From the NCBI GenBank assembly GCA_027459525.1, contig DAIDIC010000210.1, forward strand, positions 12,326 to 76,325: DNA of 64,000 nucleotides, written 5' to 3'. The first letter of the stretch is position 1. The number at the start of each line of letters is the position of its first letter. This stretch comes from Ktedonobacteria bacterium. Its GTDB lineage: Bacteria; Chloroflexota; Ktedonobacteria; Ktedonobacterales; JACDGC01. The translations under genes and the position numbers were made by a program. The notes beneath the pieces are model-generated. The model was given only the letters and a program-made list of their open reading frames with translations, was not told where the DNA came from and ran no database searches. Below, one piece after another: positions 28,454 through 39,022 of the stretch.

Positions 28454-29953
28454 TTGTATCAATGGCAATCTTCTTCGGAATTTGATCACAGCCTGCGCGC
28501 ATTAGGCGATGTATACCGATTAAATATCTTACGACTGCTTGCTTCGCAAGGAGATATGACGGTATCAGAAATTACTCAGACACTTGGAAAGAGTCAGCCG
28601 CTTATCTCATTTCACTTGCGCATCCTGCGTGAGGCAGAAATTGTGCAAAAAATACAGCGCGGACGACAAGCCTATTATTCCGTAAACGATCGGGCGCTTT
28701 CGCGCATATATTCCGCAATAAACCGCTTTATTTTTGCCGCGACACCGCATGGCAATGCGCCAAACGGCCGGCAAACACCTGCAAAGGCGCCACATATACA
28801 GGCGCAAGAATCTACAAGGGAGAAATTTTCAATGGGCAAAAAAGTTCGGGTTGCAGTTATCGGCGCCGGTAACTGCGCATCCTCATTTGTTCAAGGTGTG
28901 CAATACTACCAAAACGCCAGCGAACAAGATTTTATTCCAGGCCTTATGCATGTCAACTTAGGCGGATATCATATTCATGATATCGAATTCAGCGCCGCGT
29001 TTGATATTGATTCCACCAAGGTTGGCAAAGACCTGAGTGAAGCAATTTTCTCGGGACCTAACAATACCTATAAGTTTTCCGACGTTCCCAACTTGGGCGT
29101 TACCGTAAATCGCGGCATGACACACGACGGCTTAGGCAAATATCTGTCGCAAGTGATAACTAAAGCGCCGGGATCAACCAGCGATATTGTAAAAATTCTG
29201 CGCGACACCGGCACCGATGTTGTAGTTAATTATCTTCCGGTAGGCAGCGAAACCGCTACCAAATGGTATGTTGAACAAGTGCTGCGCGCCGGCTGCGGCT
29301 TTGTTAACTGCATTCCTGTTTTTATTGGACGTGAGCAATATTGGCGCGAACGCTTTGAAGCAGAACATTTGCCGATTGTTGGCGATGATATTAAAAGTCA
29401 GGTCGGCGCCACCATTGTGCACCGTACACTTACCAGACTGTTCCGCGAGCGCGGTGTTCGCTTAGAGCGCACCATGCAGCTAAACGTCGGCGGCAACACC
29501 GATTTCTTAAACATGCTTGAGCGCGAACGATTGGAATCGAAGAAAATCTCGAAAACTAATTCGGTAACCAGCCAGTTAGATTATAATATTGGCGCCGAAA
29601 ACGTGCATATCGGCCCCAGTGACTATGTTGCATGGCTTACAGACCGCAAATGGGCCTACATTCGCATGGAAGGCCGCACATTCGGCGATGTTCCCTTAAA
29701 TATGGAACTGAAATTAGAGGTATGGGATTCACCCAATTCCGCAGGGGTGGTTATAGACGCCGTCCGTTGCGCAAAATTAGCAAAAGATAATGATGTCAGC
29801 GGCGCGCTGCTTGGTCCTTCCGCCTACTTTATGAAATCGCCGCCAGTGCAATATACCGATCCGCAGGCGCGGATTATGGTAGAGCAATTTATCAGTGAAT
29901 ACGGCGCAGGAGCCGCCGCCGCTCAGCCTTTCACTGAAACACCGGCTGAATAA
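28454..29953 (+). CDS. ino1: ArsR-type winged-HTH domain fused in frame to myo-inositol-1-phosphate synthase
   Basis: Residues about 14-80, [63 protein letters not shown], match ArsR/SmtB. From [26 protein letters not shown] the sequence is a bacterial/archaeal-type MIPS. No stop between the two parts. Internal ATG 28832 has its own GGGAG RBS. The outer start is TTG. Confidence 0.75.
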   Translation: MYQWQSSSEFDHSLRALGDVYRLNILRLLASQGDMTVSEITQTLGKSQPLISFHLRILREAEIVQKIQRGRQAYYSVNDRALSRIYSAINRFIFAATPHGNAPNGRQTPAKAPHIQAQESTREKFSMGKKVRVAVIGAGNCASSFVQGVQYYQNASEQDFIPGLMHVNLGGYHIHDIEFSAAFDIDSTKVGKDLSEAIFSGPNNTYKFSDVPNLGVTVNRGMTHDGLGKYLSQVITKAPGSTSDIVKILRDTGTDVVVNYLPVGSETATKWYVEQVLRAGCGFVNCIPVFIGREQYWRERFEAEHLPIVGDDIKSQVGATIVHRTLTRLFRERGVRLERTMQLNVGGNTDFLNMLERERLESKKISKTNSVTSQLDYNIGAENVHIGPSDYVAWLTDRKWAYIRMEGRTFGDVPLNMELKLEVWDSPNSAGVVIDAVRCAKLAKDNDVSGALLGPSAYFMKSPPVQYTDPQARIMVEQFISEYGAGAAAAQPFTETPAE

Positions 29954-29974
29954 ACCGCACTACACGCCAAAGAT

Positions 29975-30010
29975 TTGCAAGGGGATCAGCCGCCCCTTGC
30001 AAAGGGCGGC
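29975..30010. terminator. Convergent-gene hairpin (two alternative stems), likely bidirectional terminator; related to the MITE apical hairpin
   Basis: TTGCAAGGGG (29975-29984) pairs with CCCCTTGCAA (29993-30002). Overlapping alternative: GCCGCCC (29989-29995) with GGGCGGC (30004-30010). Lies between the ino1 and PNP stops. Confidence 0.5.
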
Positions 30011-30056
30011 GTGGATATTCCCAAAAATCATTTTTCCTCTTATAAAACCTCTAGAC

Positions 30057-30980
30057 TTACGAATACAGTATCGAGCGCACACCGGTCTGTTTTATCGGTG
30101 AAAAAGCCGGAGCGGTTAATCGTTGCAAAATTCCTGTCAGCAGGGTATTCAGCCGCGGCAATATCATCTGTGCGCCGGCCAAAACTTCTTCATGATTCAC
30201 ATTTTTTGCTGTCTCCGGAGCAGCAGAGTTAGTGATAGAACTTATTCCCAGCACCTTCATGCCTGAATGCCGCGCCGCTATCACTTCCGGAGCAGTAGAC
30301 ATGCCCACAGCGTCGGCTCCTAAAATACGCATCATGCGTATCTCTGCCGGTGTTTCATATGTTGGCCCCGAAACCATCAAATAGACACCTTCCCGCAAAA
30401 CAATATGATGTTCCGCAGCAACCTCCCGCGCCATCTGAATATATTCTGGCGCATACGCTTCACCCATCGGCACAAACCGCGGACCCAATGCGTCATCATT
30501 CGGGCCAACTAAGGGATTAGAGCCTGCAAGTGTTGGTAAACCAATATGGTCTTGAATCACCATTAAATCACCTTGCCGAAACGTGGGATTTAGTCCGCCG
30601 GCGGCGTTTGTTACTATAAGCGTTTCCACACCCAGCTCTTTCATTACCCGAACCGGCAATATAACGCGACTTCCTGAATGACCTTCATAAAAATGAAAAC
30701 GGCCGCGAAGAATTGCGACCTGTTGTGCGTTTATTTCTGAAATATCTAAAACACCGGAGTGACCTTGAACTGTTGGGGCGGCAAAATGGGGAATTTCCTG
30801 ATAGTAAAAACGCTGTAACAGCGTGGAGTTTTGTAATGTATCGTTTAATCCGGAACCAAGAATTACTGCTATTTTAGGTTTACACACCCCTGAACCAGAA
30901 TGCTCAAAACGTTCTTTCAACCAATATGCTGATTCTTTAGCGGCGCTGGGCGGCAATCTCGTTACATCTATTTTCCGCAT
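30057..30980 (-). CDS. punA: Purine nucleoside phosphorylase (trimeric PNP/MTAP family)
   Basis: ILGSGL, TVQGHSG, GRFHFYEGH, VTNAAGGLNP, GPTYETPAE, GADAVGMST motifs. Confidence 0.9.
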   Translation of the reverse strand: MRKIDVTRLPPSAAKESAYWLKERFEHSGSGVCKPKIAVILGSGLNDTLQNSTLLQRFYYQEIPHFAAPTVQGHSGVLDISEINAQQVAILRGRFHFYEGHSGSRVILPVRVMKELGVETLIVTNAAGGLNPTFRQGDLMVIQDHIGLPTLAGSNPLVGPNDDALGPRFVPMGEAYAPEYIQMAREVAAEHHIVLREGVYLMVSGPTYETPAEIRMMRILGADAVGMSTAPEVIAARHSGMKVLGISSITNSAAPETAKNVNHEEVLAGAQMILPRLNTLLTGILQRLTAPAFSPIKQTGVRSILYS

Positions 30981-31194
30981 TTTTTTCCTCCTGAATTATG
31001 CTGCTGGAAAGACGCCGATTAATCATCCTCTTTTTCAAATACTCGGTAATTCAAAATTAATGGCGATATTTCCTAATATACCATTACTTATTGTATCATG
31101 CAAGAATAATACCCAAAACAAAAAAAATTCCCTCTTGATTTTTTACTAAGTTTAGTACTAAACTTATAAGTATGCGATAGTTGAGGCTCGTATT

Positions 31195-31698
31195 ATGCAA
31201 AAGTTAAGCGTCCTTGTATGGGTTCGTTTAGTCCGAGTATTCCAAAAATTACAGAAACGTTCCATGAAAAATCTCAGCGATCTTGGCCTCACTCCTTCAG
31301 AATTTGATATCCTGGCGCAAGCCGGAACCCATGAAGGAGCAAGCCAGCAGCAATTGGCAGACCTGCTTTTGGTTACCAAAGGCAATATCTGCCAGCAGCT
31401 TAGCCACATGGAGCAAAACGGTTTGCTTTGCCGCACGCAAGACGGCAGACTAAACAGAATCTATCTCACCGAGGCGGGCCGCAGTCTTTTTTATACTGTT
31501 ACGCCGCTTCAGGAAGAGTTTTTGCAAAAACTTTTTGAACCGCTTTCCGATTCCGAACAACGGCAATTATACGCGATTTTGAAAAAGTTGGATCATTCTT
31601 TCCGCGCTGCCAAAACGCCGCAAAAAAAAGAAAAAACTCAGCAAATCCAAGAATTGTTTCCCTGCAATTCTCAGCCGGGCTTAGAACCGGATTGCTGA
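31195..31698 (+). CDS. MarR-family transcriptional regulator
   Basis: LTPSEFDILAQAGTHEGASQQQLADLLLVTKGNICQQLSHMEQNGLLCR wHTH. Confidence 0.8.
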   Translation: MQKLSVLVWVRLVRVFQKLQKRSMKNLSDLGLTPSEFDILAQAGTHEGASQQQLADLLLVTKGNICQQLSHMEQNGLLCRTQDGRLNRIYLTEAGRSLFYTVTPLQEEFLQKLFEPLSDSEQRQLYAILKKLDHSFRAAKTPQKKEKTQQIQELFPCNSQPGLEPDC

Positions 31699-31729
31699 AT
31701 ACTTTATACAATTAAGAGGAACACACAAA

Positions 31730-32272
31730 ATGGCTACCCCAACAACTGTCACTTGGAATATTGACGCTGCGCACACACATGTTGAATTTGCTGTAAAGCA
31801 TATGATGTTTTCTACCGTTAAAGGCAGTTTTGCCGATGTAAAAGGAACTATCACCGAACACGCAACCGACAAATCATTATCATCCGTTCAAGCTGAAGTA
31901 ACAGTAAATTCTATTAGCACCGGTGATGAAAAACGTGATGGGCACCTGCGCTCTGCAGATTTCTTTGATGTGGAAACCTACCCAACAATTTCATTTAAAA
32001 GCACAAAGGTAGAACACGCCGGCGGCGATCACTATAAAGTATATGGCGATTTCACCATGCACGGCGTTACAAAAGAGATTGTTTTCAACGCTGAATTTAC
32101 CGGAACCGGCAAAAATCCATGGGGCGCAACCGTTATGGGACTGACTGCCGAAACCAAAATTAACCGGAAAGATTTTAATTTAAACTGGAACGCAGCGCTG
32201 GAAACCGGTGGTGTGCTTGTTGGTGAAGAAGTGAAACTGACATTGGATGTTGAAGCTACCGCAGCCGCATAA
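31730..32272 (+). CDS. YceI-family polyisoprenoid-binding protein
   Basis: WNIDAAHTHVEFAVKHMMFSTVKGSF and the overall YceI pattern. Confidence 0.85.
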   Translation: MATPTTVTWNIDAAHTHVEFAVKHMMFSTVKGSFADVKGTITEHATDKSLSSVQAEVTVNSISTGDEKRDGHLRSADFFDVETYPTISFKSTKVEHAGGDHYKVYGDFTMHGVTKEIVFNAEFTGTGKNPWGATVMGLTAETKINRKDFNLNWNAALETGGVLVGEEVKLTLDVEATAAA

Positions 32273-32300
32273 TATCTTACTGCTTCCTGTTGTTTTCCTT

Positions 32301-32339
32301 TGGCCGTGAATCGCTGTGATTCCGGCCATTTTCTTTTCA
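32301..32339 (+). terminator. Rho-independent terminator after the yceI-like gene
   Basis: TGGCCG-t-GAATC-gctgt-GATTC-CGGCCA followed by TTTTCTTTT. Confidence 0.75.
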
Positions 32340-32382
32340 AAAACTGCTATAGATAAAGTCGGCGCGCCTGCTGACGCCGCTT

Positions 32383-34731
32383 TTACATCGGAAATAATAC
32401 TGCTTGTTCCGGGGGAGAAAAAAATTCGGCAAAAACGGCGCGGCTCAGCCCATTTTCTAATTTTGCGGCGTATTGATTGCGCAAAATTTTTTTATAATAT
32501 GCAACATCATAGTTGCGGGTATCTGCTCCGGTATATAAAGTAACTTGGCGCTGTCCGGCGTAATAAAACCGTATGCGTTCGCCTTTTGCCCATACCGTTT
32601 TGCCTGCCGCAAGCATCGCTTCATAGGGCGCTTCGCGGCGTGTTTGGCGGGTGTTTAGATATTCTTTGCTGCTTTTTGTCAGCCGCGCAGGTATCAGCAT
32701 ATCTTCTAACGGCAGCGCTTTTTCGGCAAGAAGCGTAAGATAGCGTTGAAATATTTGCGGGATAAGCGCGCTATTATCGCGCAGCAACGCCGAAACGATT
32801 TCCGTAAGAAAATCGGCGCCAAACTTCTCAAATTTGCTGGAGCGAAACGCCACACCTTTTAAGATGATGATATCGTCATAGGTAAGCAGCGCATAGTTTT
32901 TCACCTCATGCGAAAGCATGGCCGCATATCGGCCCTCATATTCCAAATGTATCAACGGGGGCAGCAAAGTGTCTACTTCTTGAACGATGGCGCGTTCCTC
33001 AGTTTCACTCCAAGATTCCGGAACACTAAAGTATACACCATCGGTATCAGCTTCAATTAATTCTGCGCCGCGCGCCTTAAGTTGTTCGCAAATAACATTC
33101 AAGGTATCACGGCCGCGCTTAGTAATTTCATTTGCAGCGTTCATATCGGCAAAGCGCGCTAAACGCACGGAGCCTAAATAGCCATAGGCCGAATTAATAA
33201 TAATCTTCATTGCTGCAGAAAGGCTGTTATAACCGGCGCGCGCATTTTCCGGCAAAGAAGTATCTTTAGATAATTTTTTTGCTTGCAGGCGCTGCTCAAC
33301 CAACCGATCGACAATTCCCAGCAAAGCGCCTAAGCTATCTTGCTGAGATCCAATATGAAATTGTCGCATTAAGGATGGATATAAACTTGCCACATCGGCT
33401 TTTACCACATGTTTTTTAACGCCGGCGGCAAATAAAATAGTTGCCGCGCCGGAATGCGTTGCGCCATTGGGCTGAGTATACGCGGGAATAGCAGTTTGCG
33501 CGCGCAGATATGCGCGAAGCAGCATCGGCTCCAAAATTCCTGTTGCGGGTCCGGCGTCTGCAGCTCGTTCTCCGCGCCGCGGCGCCATTTTAGCCAAAGC
33601 AAAGGCCGCGCCGCCTAAAATTTCAGCAATGGAACCGGCCTCTATCACATCATCCATCGCATAGGCGCGCACTGCGTCTGGCTGTGTTTTCCATGTGTCA
33701 TACACCGCGCCGCCGCTAAGATAAACACGGTTTGGCGCGGCAACTCCAAAATATTTCGCCGTATCTTTCAAACCATGGTTTGGCAAAGCGCGCGCGGCAA
33801 AATCAAAACGCCGCACTGCGTCCAGCGTATCTATGATTTCTCTGCCTTGAATGCTGTAGCGCTGCCGGCCCAAATTAGCAAGCGGAATGGCGTATGTATC
33901 AGAATCTTCGGTAAATGCGCGTACTGCGCCATACCCGCGGGCAGAGCCGCGCGCAGTTCCCAGCACAGATGGCGCGCCCTTTCGGCCCAGCGCCATAGCT
34001 ACGCCAAGCTGTTGCGCGCGATAGAATAAAAACGGCAAATCAAACCCATGGATATTATGGTTTTCCAAAATATCGGGATCGGTTTCCTGAACAACTCGAC
34101 AAAACGCTGCCAATAACTCTTTCTCTGCGGCGGCGTCATCGGCAGATTTTGCGCCAATATCCAAAATACCCTGAAAGCCAAAATTAGAATGAATGGCTAT
34201 AAGAAACACGTGACTATCAGACGGATTCAGACCAGTGGTTTCAATATCAAAGCGCAAACGCCGTATATCGTTAAAATCCAGCCCTTTATAATACGTTCGG
34301 CCACTGGCAATAAGATATTGTTCTTCAGGGGGCAGCCGCAAAACAATATCTTTGCTTAGTTCACCTATATGGCTGGCTTTTGGGTATCCGCGCTGTGCAG
34401 CGCCTGCTAAAATATTTCTTTCAAGCAAACTATTATTTGCGCAGGAAAGTTTCCACTGCAGCGCGCCGGTTCCTTGCAATTTTTGCGCATAGATAACGGT
34501 GGGGTCTGCCTTTTCGGGAAATTCATATTGTATTTTTGGATACGTTAGCATAGCCAGATCAGAAATAAGCGCCCATGGGAGAAAATAATCGCGCTCTAAA
34601 ACCACAGGCTCACGCAGCGATGTGCGCCGCCATACCATAACCGAACCATTGTGCTGCGCCAATATCGATACAATACCGGGAGTAGTATCCCATCCCCAAA
34701 GCCAATCTTCCGGTGAAGCAATACTCATCAT
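32383..34731 (-). CDS. polB: Family B DNA polymerase (Pol II-like) with intact 3'-5' exonuclease motifs
   Basis: Exo I FDIETTG, Exo II NHNIHGFDLPFL, Exo III YAMDDV. Pol A DVASLYPSLM, Pol B KIIINSAYGYLG, Pol C EADTDGVYF. Start set to ATG 34731 (AAGG 5 nt upstream). Confidence 0.9.
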   Translation of the reverse strand: MMSIASPEDWLWGWDTTPGIVSILAQHNGSVMVWRRTSLREPVVLERDYFLPWALISDLAMLTYPKIQYEFPEKADPTVIYAQKLQGTGALQWKLSCANNSLLERNILAGAAQRGYPKASHIGELSKDIVLRLPPEEQYLIASGRTYYKGLDFNDIRRLRFDIETTGLNPSDSHVFLIAIHSNFGFQGILDIGAKSADDAAAEKELLAAFCRVVQETDPDILENHNIHGFDLPFLFYRAQQLGVAMALGRKGAPSVLGTARGSARGYGAVRAFTEDSDTYAIPLANLGRQRYSIQGREIIDTLDAVRRFDFAARALPNHGLKDTAKYFGVAAPNRVYLSGGAVYDTWKTQPDAVRAYAMDDVIEAGSIAEILGGAAFALAKMAPRRGERAADAGPATGILEPMLLRAYLRAQTAIPAYTQPNGATHSGAATILFAAGVKKHVVKADVASLYPSLMRQFHIGSQQDSLGALLGIVDRLVEQRLQAKKLSKDTSLPENARAGYNSLSAAMKIIINSAYGYLGSVRLARFADMNAANEITKRGRDTLNVICEQLKARGAELIEADTDGVYFSVPESWSETEERAIVQEVDTLLPPLIHLEYEGRYAAMLSHEVKNYALLTYDDIIILKGVAFRSSKFEKFGADFLTEIVSALLRDNSALIPQIFQRYLTLLAEKALPLEDMLIPARLTKSSKEYLNTRQTRREAPYEAMLAAGKTVWAKGERIRFYYAGQRQVTLYTGADTRNYDVAYYKKILRNQYAAKLENGLSRAVFAEFFSPPEQAVLFPM

Positions 34732-34797
34732 GAAAACCTTTGCGAGATATTTTGTTCTAAGTATATCATAGCGCAAAAACCGCAGGAAAGTCTGCAG

Positions 34798-35304
34798 TTA
34801 TTTTTTGTCCGTGGAAGAAGCGCGCAGCAGTTCACATTGCGTTATACGCAGTAAATCTGCAGTTTGCAGCTGCACATCTATCCCGCGCTGCCCTGCGCTC
34901 ACATAGATGGTAGGATTATTGTGCGCAGAATCGTCGATATACATAGCAAAACGCCGGTTCAGCAGCGCCAAAGCTGATATGCCGCCAACTTTTAGTCCGG
35001 TGAGCAATTCTGCCTGTGTATGCGGCGCCATATGAACACTCTTCAAACCGATTTCGCGGGCAAATGCGCGTTCATCTAAAGATGCGCAGGCCGGCAGCAT
35101 CACAAGCATTGGGCGAGAGCTTGGCACATCGGAGAGTACAACCAATGTTTTAAAAACGCGATCTGCCGGGGCTTCAATCGCCTGCGCCACCAATACAGCG
35201 TCGCGAATATCTTCGGGATACGTGTGAATGGTATACGCTATCTTCATTGCGTCAAGCGTTCTCATTGCCAACGTTTTAGAGATTTTAACCATACAATTTT
35301 GCAA
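34798..35304 (-). CDS. ybaK: YbaK/EbsC-type Cys-tRNA(Pro) deacylase
   Basis: YbaK-like length and pattern (KTLVV, GGISAL). The true start may be an internal Met (35292). Confidence 0.65.
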   Translation of the reverse strand: MQNCMVKISKTLAMRTLDAMKIAYTIHTYPEDIRDAVLVAQAIEAPADRVFKTLVVLSDVPSSRPMLVMLPACASLDERAFAREIGLKSVHMAPHTQAELLTGLKVGGISALALLNRRFAMYIDDSAHNNPTIYVSAGQRGIDVQLQTADLLRITQCELLRASSTDKK

Positions 35305-35312
35305 AAAACAAA

Positions 35313-36512
35313 TCAGTCAAGATATTCTTTCAGACGGCGCATTTTGCTTGGCATGCGCAGTTTACGAAGCGCTTTCGATTCTATTTGGCGAATGCGCTCG
35401 CGGGTAACACGGAATTCGCGGCCAACCTCTTCTAATGTGCGGCCTTTGGTGCCATCTAAGCCAAAGCGCAGTTGCAAAACTTTGCGTTCTCTGTCGGTTA
35501 AAGCGGCCAGCACTTCATCTACCTGTTCGCGAAGAATTTTTTTTGTTGCGGCTTCGGGTGGGGTAAGGGAAGTATGATCTTCCAGAAAATCACTTAAATG
35601 CGAATCATCTTCTTCACCAATGGGGGTTTCCAAACTCACCGGCTCTTGATTCACTTTCACAATTTCACGGACTTTATCAGGGCTGATATTCATTTCCAAG
35701 GCAATTTCTTCAGGAAGAGGTTCACGTCCAAGTTCTTGGGTTAACCGACGAGTGATGCGCATCATTTTATTGATGGTTTCAACCATATGAACGGGAACGC
35801 GAATAGTGCGGGATTGATCGGCAATAGAGCGTGAAATTGCTTGGCGAATCCACCATGTGGCGTATGTGCTGAACTTATAGCCTTTAGTATAATCAAATTT
35901 TTCAACCGCGCGCAGTAAACCGATATTGCCTTCTTGAATAAGATCCAGCAAACTCATGCCTCGGCCAACAAATTTTTTAGCAACGCTGACAACTAGGCGA
36001 AGGTTAGCTTCTGTCAGTCGTTTTTGCGCTTCAATACCGTCATTGATAAGGCGTTTATTACGTTGGGTGTGTGTTTTTTTAATTTCAACCAGTCCTCGTT
36101 GCACACGAATAGCAAACGCAACTTCTTCATCATAAGAAAGCAGGGGAACTTTACCAATTTCGCGCAGATATACCCGCACAGGGTCATCGGCAGAGCATTC
36201 AGACTCTAGGGAAAGCAAGCTGGAGGAATGAGCGATATGGGTATGTACGCCATTAGAGTCATTTGCTTCTTCAGTATTTTCTTCTTCAAAACTCCAAGAG
36301 GCTTCATGCATATCTTCTGTTTCAATATCACCGGCAACGAATTGCTGCGCAATAATCTGAAATTGAGCAGAGGGGTGAGCGCTGTCTGAAAAACCATGAT
36401 CTGAAGATGTATCGGCAAAAATAGGCTCTCGATCGACAAGCTGCTGATCAGCGGTGTTCCACTGAGATGAAAGCGAGCGACGGCTATATTGGCGCATGAA
36501 CAATTCCTCCAA
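35313..36512 (-). CDS. rpoD: Primary RNA polymerase sigma factor (RpoD/SigA)
   Basis: Regions 1.2 to 4 are present: [78 protein letters not shown]. Confidence 0.95.
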   Translation of the reverse strand: MEELFMRQYSRRSLSSQWNTADQQLVDREPIFADTSSDHGFSDSAHPSAQFQIIAQQFVAGDIETEDMHEASWSFEEENTEEANDSNGVHTHIAHSSSLLSLESECSADDPVRVYLREIGKVPLLSYDEEVAFAIRVQRGLVEIKKTHTQRNKRLINDGIEAQKRLTEANLRLVVSVAKKFVGRGMSLLDLIQEGNIGLLRAVEKFDYTKGYKFSTYATWWIRQAISRSIADQSRTIRVPVHMVETINKMMRITRRLTQELGREPLPEEIALEMNISPDKVREIVKVNQEPVSLETPIGEEDDSHLSDFLEDHTSLTPPEAATKKILREQVDEVLAALTDRERKVLQLRFGLDGTKGRTLEEVGREFRVTRERIRQIESKALRKLRMPSKMRRLKEYLD

Positions 36513-36633
36513 CGAAACCTGTGTACTGCAACTTAAGTATGCATTATTGAGTTATACAAATCAATCAATAGTACGCAGAAAAAACTGAAAACTACCTTAA
36601 AACTAGCTGGCAGTTTTTTTTGCAGAGCATTTA

Positions 36634-38643
36634 TTACGTTTGAAGCAAAGCTTCATCATCGATACGTTTGCGTTTAGCTAAAAGCGTAAAGCTTTTTTCG
36701 CGCAACGCCTGAACAGAACTGAAATCGTTTTGTTCAGCTGCTTCATGCTGTAATACAGATATTTGGTTGATTGCTTCCGTCAACCTGACTTTTTTAAGTC
36801 GTAACGCCAGTTGCTTGGCTGTCCGTGCCAAAAGAGCGCTATCTTGTGTTTGCTGAACGGTATGCATTGATTTCAACCGCTCATAAACATCGACTAAAAC
36901 AGGTGAAGATTCTATCAACGCTGACGCAGTACTTTCACTATCCTGTCTGCCGCTTGCTTGCAAAATCAGGCTAAATAACGCTCTTGTCTCGGTTCCTTCG
37001 AAGTCATTCACTTCAATTATAACATATATCTCCTGTGCAATAATAGGGTAGTTAATAATCAGGGAAAGGATCTGTTCTTCAAGCGTGTTTCCTAGTCTCA
37101 TCCGCTCCGAAATAGCTCCGGATCTGGGAGATTCTGCCACAGAAGCGTCATCTGTGTCATAGTACTTATTAGCTATGCCATCTGGCGCAGTACTGCTTTG
37201 AGATCGTTTTTGTGCGGCGCCGGCGGCATATTTTCGGCGCAGCCGATTCATTTCATGAATAGCGTCGCGTTCCTGTAACTGCATTTCGCTGGCAACGCGG
37301 CGCACATACATATCGCGTTTTAAAGGATCTGCCATAACCGCAATTGCCTGAAGCAATTCATGGCTGGCTTTCAGGCGTTCGTAAGAATTGCGCAGATCGT
37401 GTGCGCCCATAATATTTTTTATGGCAAATTCAATTAAAGGCATTGCCGCATTCATTTGCTGCTGCCACGCCACAGGATTGGCGCGAATAAATTCATCAGG
37501 ATCTATACCATCCGGCAGCTCCATAATAGTAATCTCAGCGTTTACCTGTTCTTCAAACTGTATAGGGCTTTGTGGCAGCGGTGAATATTTCCCTGCTTTT
37601 TTACCTTTAAACCGCGGCTCTTCAGCTACAGGAGCCAAGTGTTGAGGAACTAACGAACGATCGAAGCCCTCCTGCGCAACTTCGATAGCGCGCAGCGTCG
37701 CCATTTGGCCGGCAGAATCGGGGTCGAGCGCCAAGGTGAGCTTATTGGTTAATTTCTTAATAATTTCCACATGTTTGGCGGTTATGGCGCTGCCAATACA
37801 AGCAACCGTATTACGAAAATGATATTGCTGCGCAATAATTGCGTCGAAATATCCCTCTACAATAACGATTCGGTCTTCTTTGCGCACCGCTTCCCGCGCG
37901 GTGTCTAAGCCATACAGCGTTGCGCTTTTATCAAACAGCGGTGTTTGCGGCGAGTTTAAATATTTAGGCGTTCCGCCGCCCAATTCACGGCCGCCAAACG
38001 CTATTACTCCGCGAGTATCGCGAATGGGAAACATAATACGGCTGCGAAAATATTCTGCCGTAAAACCGGTTTCCTCTTTTATATGCGCTAAACCGGCTTC
38101 AATAATCAACTGGCTGGGAAAACCCTGCTCTTGCAGAAATTGTAGCGCGCCGCCATGTTCCGGCGCATATCCCAAACGAAATTTTATGATTGTTTCGTTT
38201 GTAACTCCCCGAGATTGTAAATATGATCGCGCTTTTGCCGCCGCGTTCGCCGCCAGCAATTGATGATGGTACCACAGCGCCGCCGCTTCATTCACCTCAC
38301 GCAATTTCTGCAAATGTTCGCGCCGCTCTGCAGATCCCGCAGAAAACTCAATATCCGTAAAACCAATTGGAATCCCGGCTTTGTCTGCAAGCTCACTCAG
38401 CGCATCGTGAAATGTCAGAGATTGTGTTTTCATCAAAAAGGTGAATATATCGCCGCCTTCGCCGCAACCAAAGCAGCGCCACGTTCCGGTTTCGGGAAAG
38501 ACATAAAAAGAAGGTGTTTTTTCCCCATGAAACGGGCATAACCCTTTATAGCCTTTTCCGGAGCGCTTTAACTCCACAACCGCCCCTATTTCCTGAACAA
38601 CATCTATTCGGGCCTTAATCTGATCGATAGGGGAATCTGCCAT
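36634..38643 (-). CDS. dnaG: DNA primase
   Basis: Zn ribbon CPFHGEKTPSFYVFPETGTWRCFGCGEGGD, TOPRIM IVIVEGYFDAI. Start at ATG 38643 with GGGAGG 7 nt upstream. Confidence 0.95.
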   Translation of the reverse strand: MADSPIDQIKARIDVVQEIGAVVELKRSGKGYKGLCPFHGEKTPSFYVFPETGTWRCFGCGEGGDIFTFLMKTQSLTFHDALSELADKAGIPIGFTDIEFSAGSAERREHLQKLREVNEAAALWYHHQLLAANAAAKARSYLQSRGVTNETIIKFRLGYAPEHGGALQFLQEQGFPSQLIIEAGLAHIKEETGFTAEYFRSRIMFPIRDTRGVIAFGGRELGGGTPKYLNSPQTPLFDKSATLYGLDTAREAVRKEDRIVIVEGYFDAIIAQQYHFRNTVACIGSAITAKHVEIIKKLTNKLTLALDPDSAGQMATLRAIEVAQEGFDRSLVPQHLAPVAEEPRFKGKKAGKYSPLPQSPIQFEEQVNAEITIMELPDGIDPDEFIRANPVAWQQQMNAAMPLIEFAIKNIMGAHDLRNSYERLKASHELLQAIAVMADPLKRDMYVRRVASEMQLQERDAIHEMNRLRRKYAAGAAQKRSQSSTAPDGIANKYYDTDDASVAESPRSGAISERMRLGNTLEEQILSLIINYPIIAQEIYVIIEVNDFEGTETRALFSLILQASGRQDSESTASALIESSPVLVDVYERLKSMHTVQQTQDSALLARTAKQLALRLKKVRLTEAINQISVLQHEAAEQNDFSSVQALREKSFTLLAKRKRIDDEALLQT

Positions 38644-39022
38644 AGCGCCGCCTCCCAAGTCTCCGGCGGAAATATGCCCGAAATATCAAGGATTCGGTAC
38701 CACCGGCTGATTATATCGATTTGGTTTTTGTGTATGATGTTCTGTAACAGCAGAACTATTCCGCTGCCGCAGATATGTGTTACGTTACGCTTTATTGCGC
38801 TGCGCTTAGTGATATTATTGTACAAATCAGCAGAACATTTCATTTGTATGGGAAATTTGCTGCAATAAAAACTGCGTTACGCCATTTGACGGCGGCCAGA
38901 AATAATAAAACACAATATATTCATTGCCGGCAAAATTATTTTGGTCCCATACCTGCGAATAATTCAATTCATTCCATGATACAATATGCATATGAAACGA
39001 TTGCCTGAAAGGACGCTTTGTA

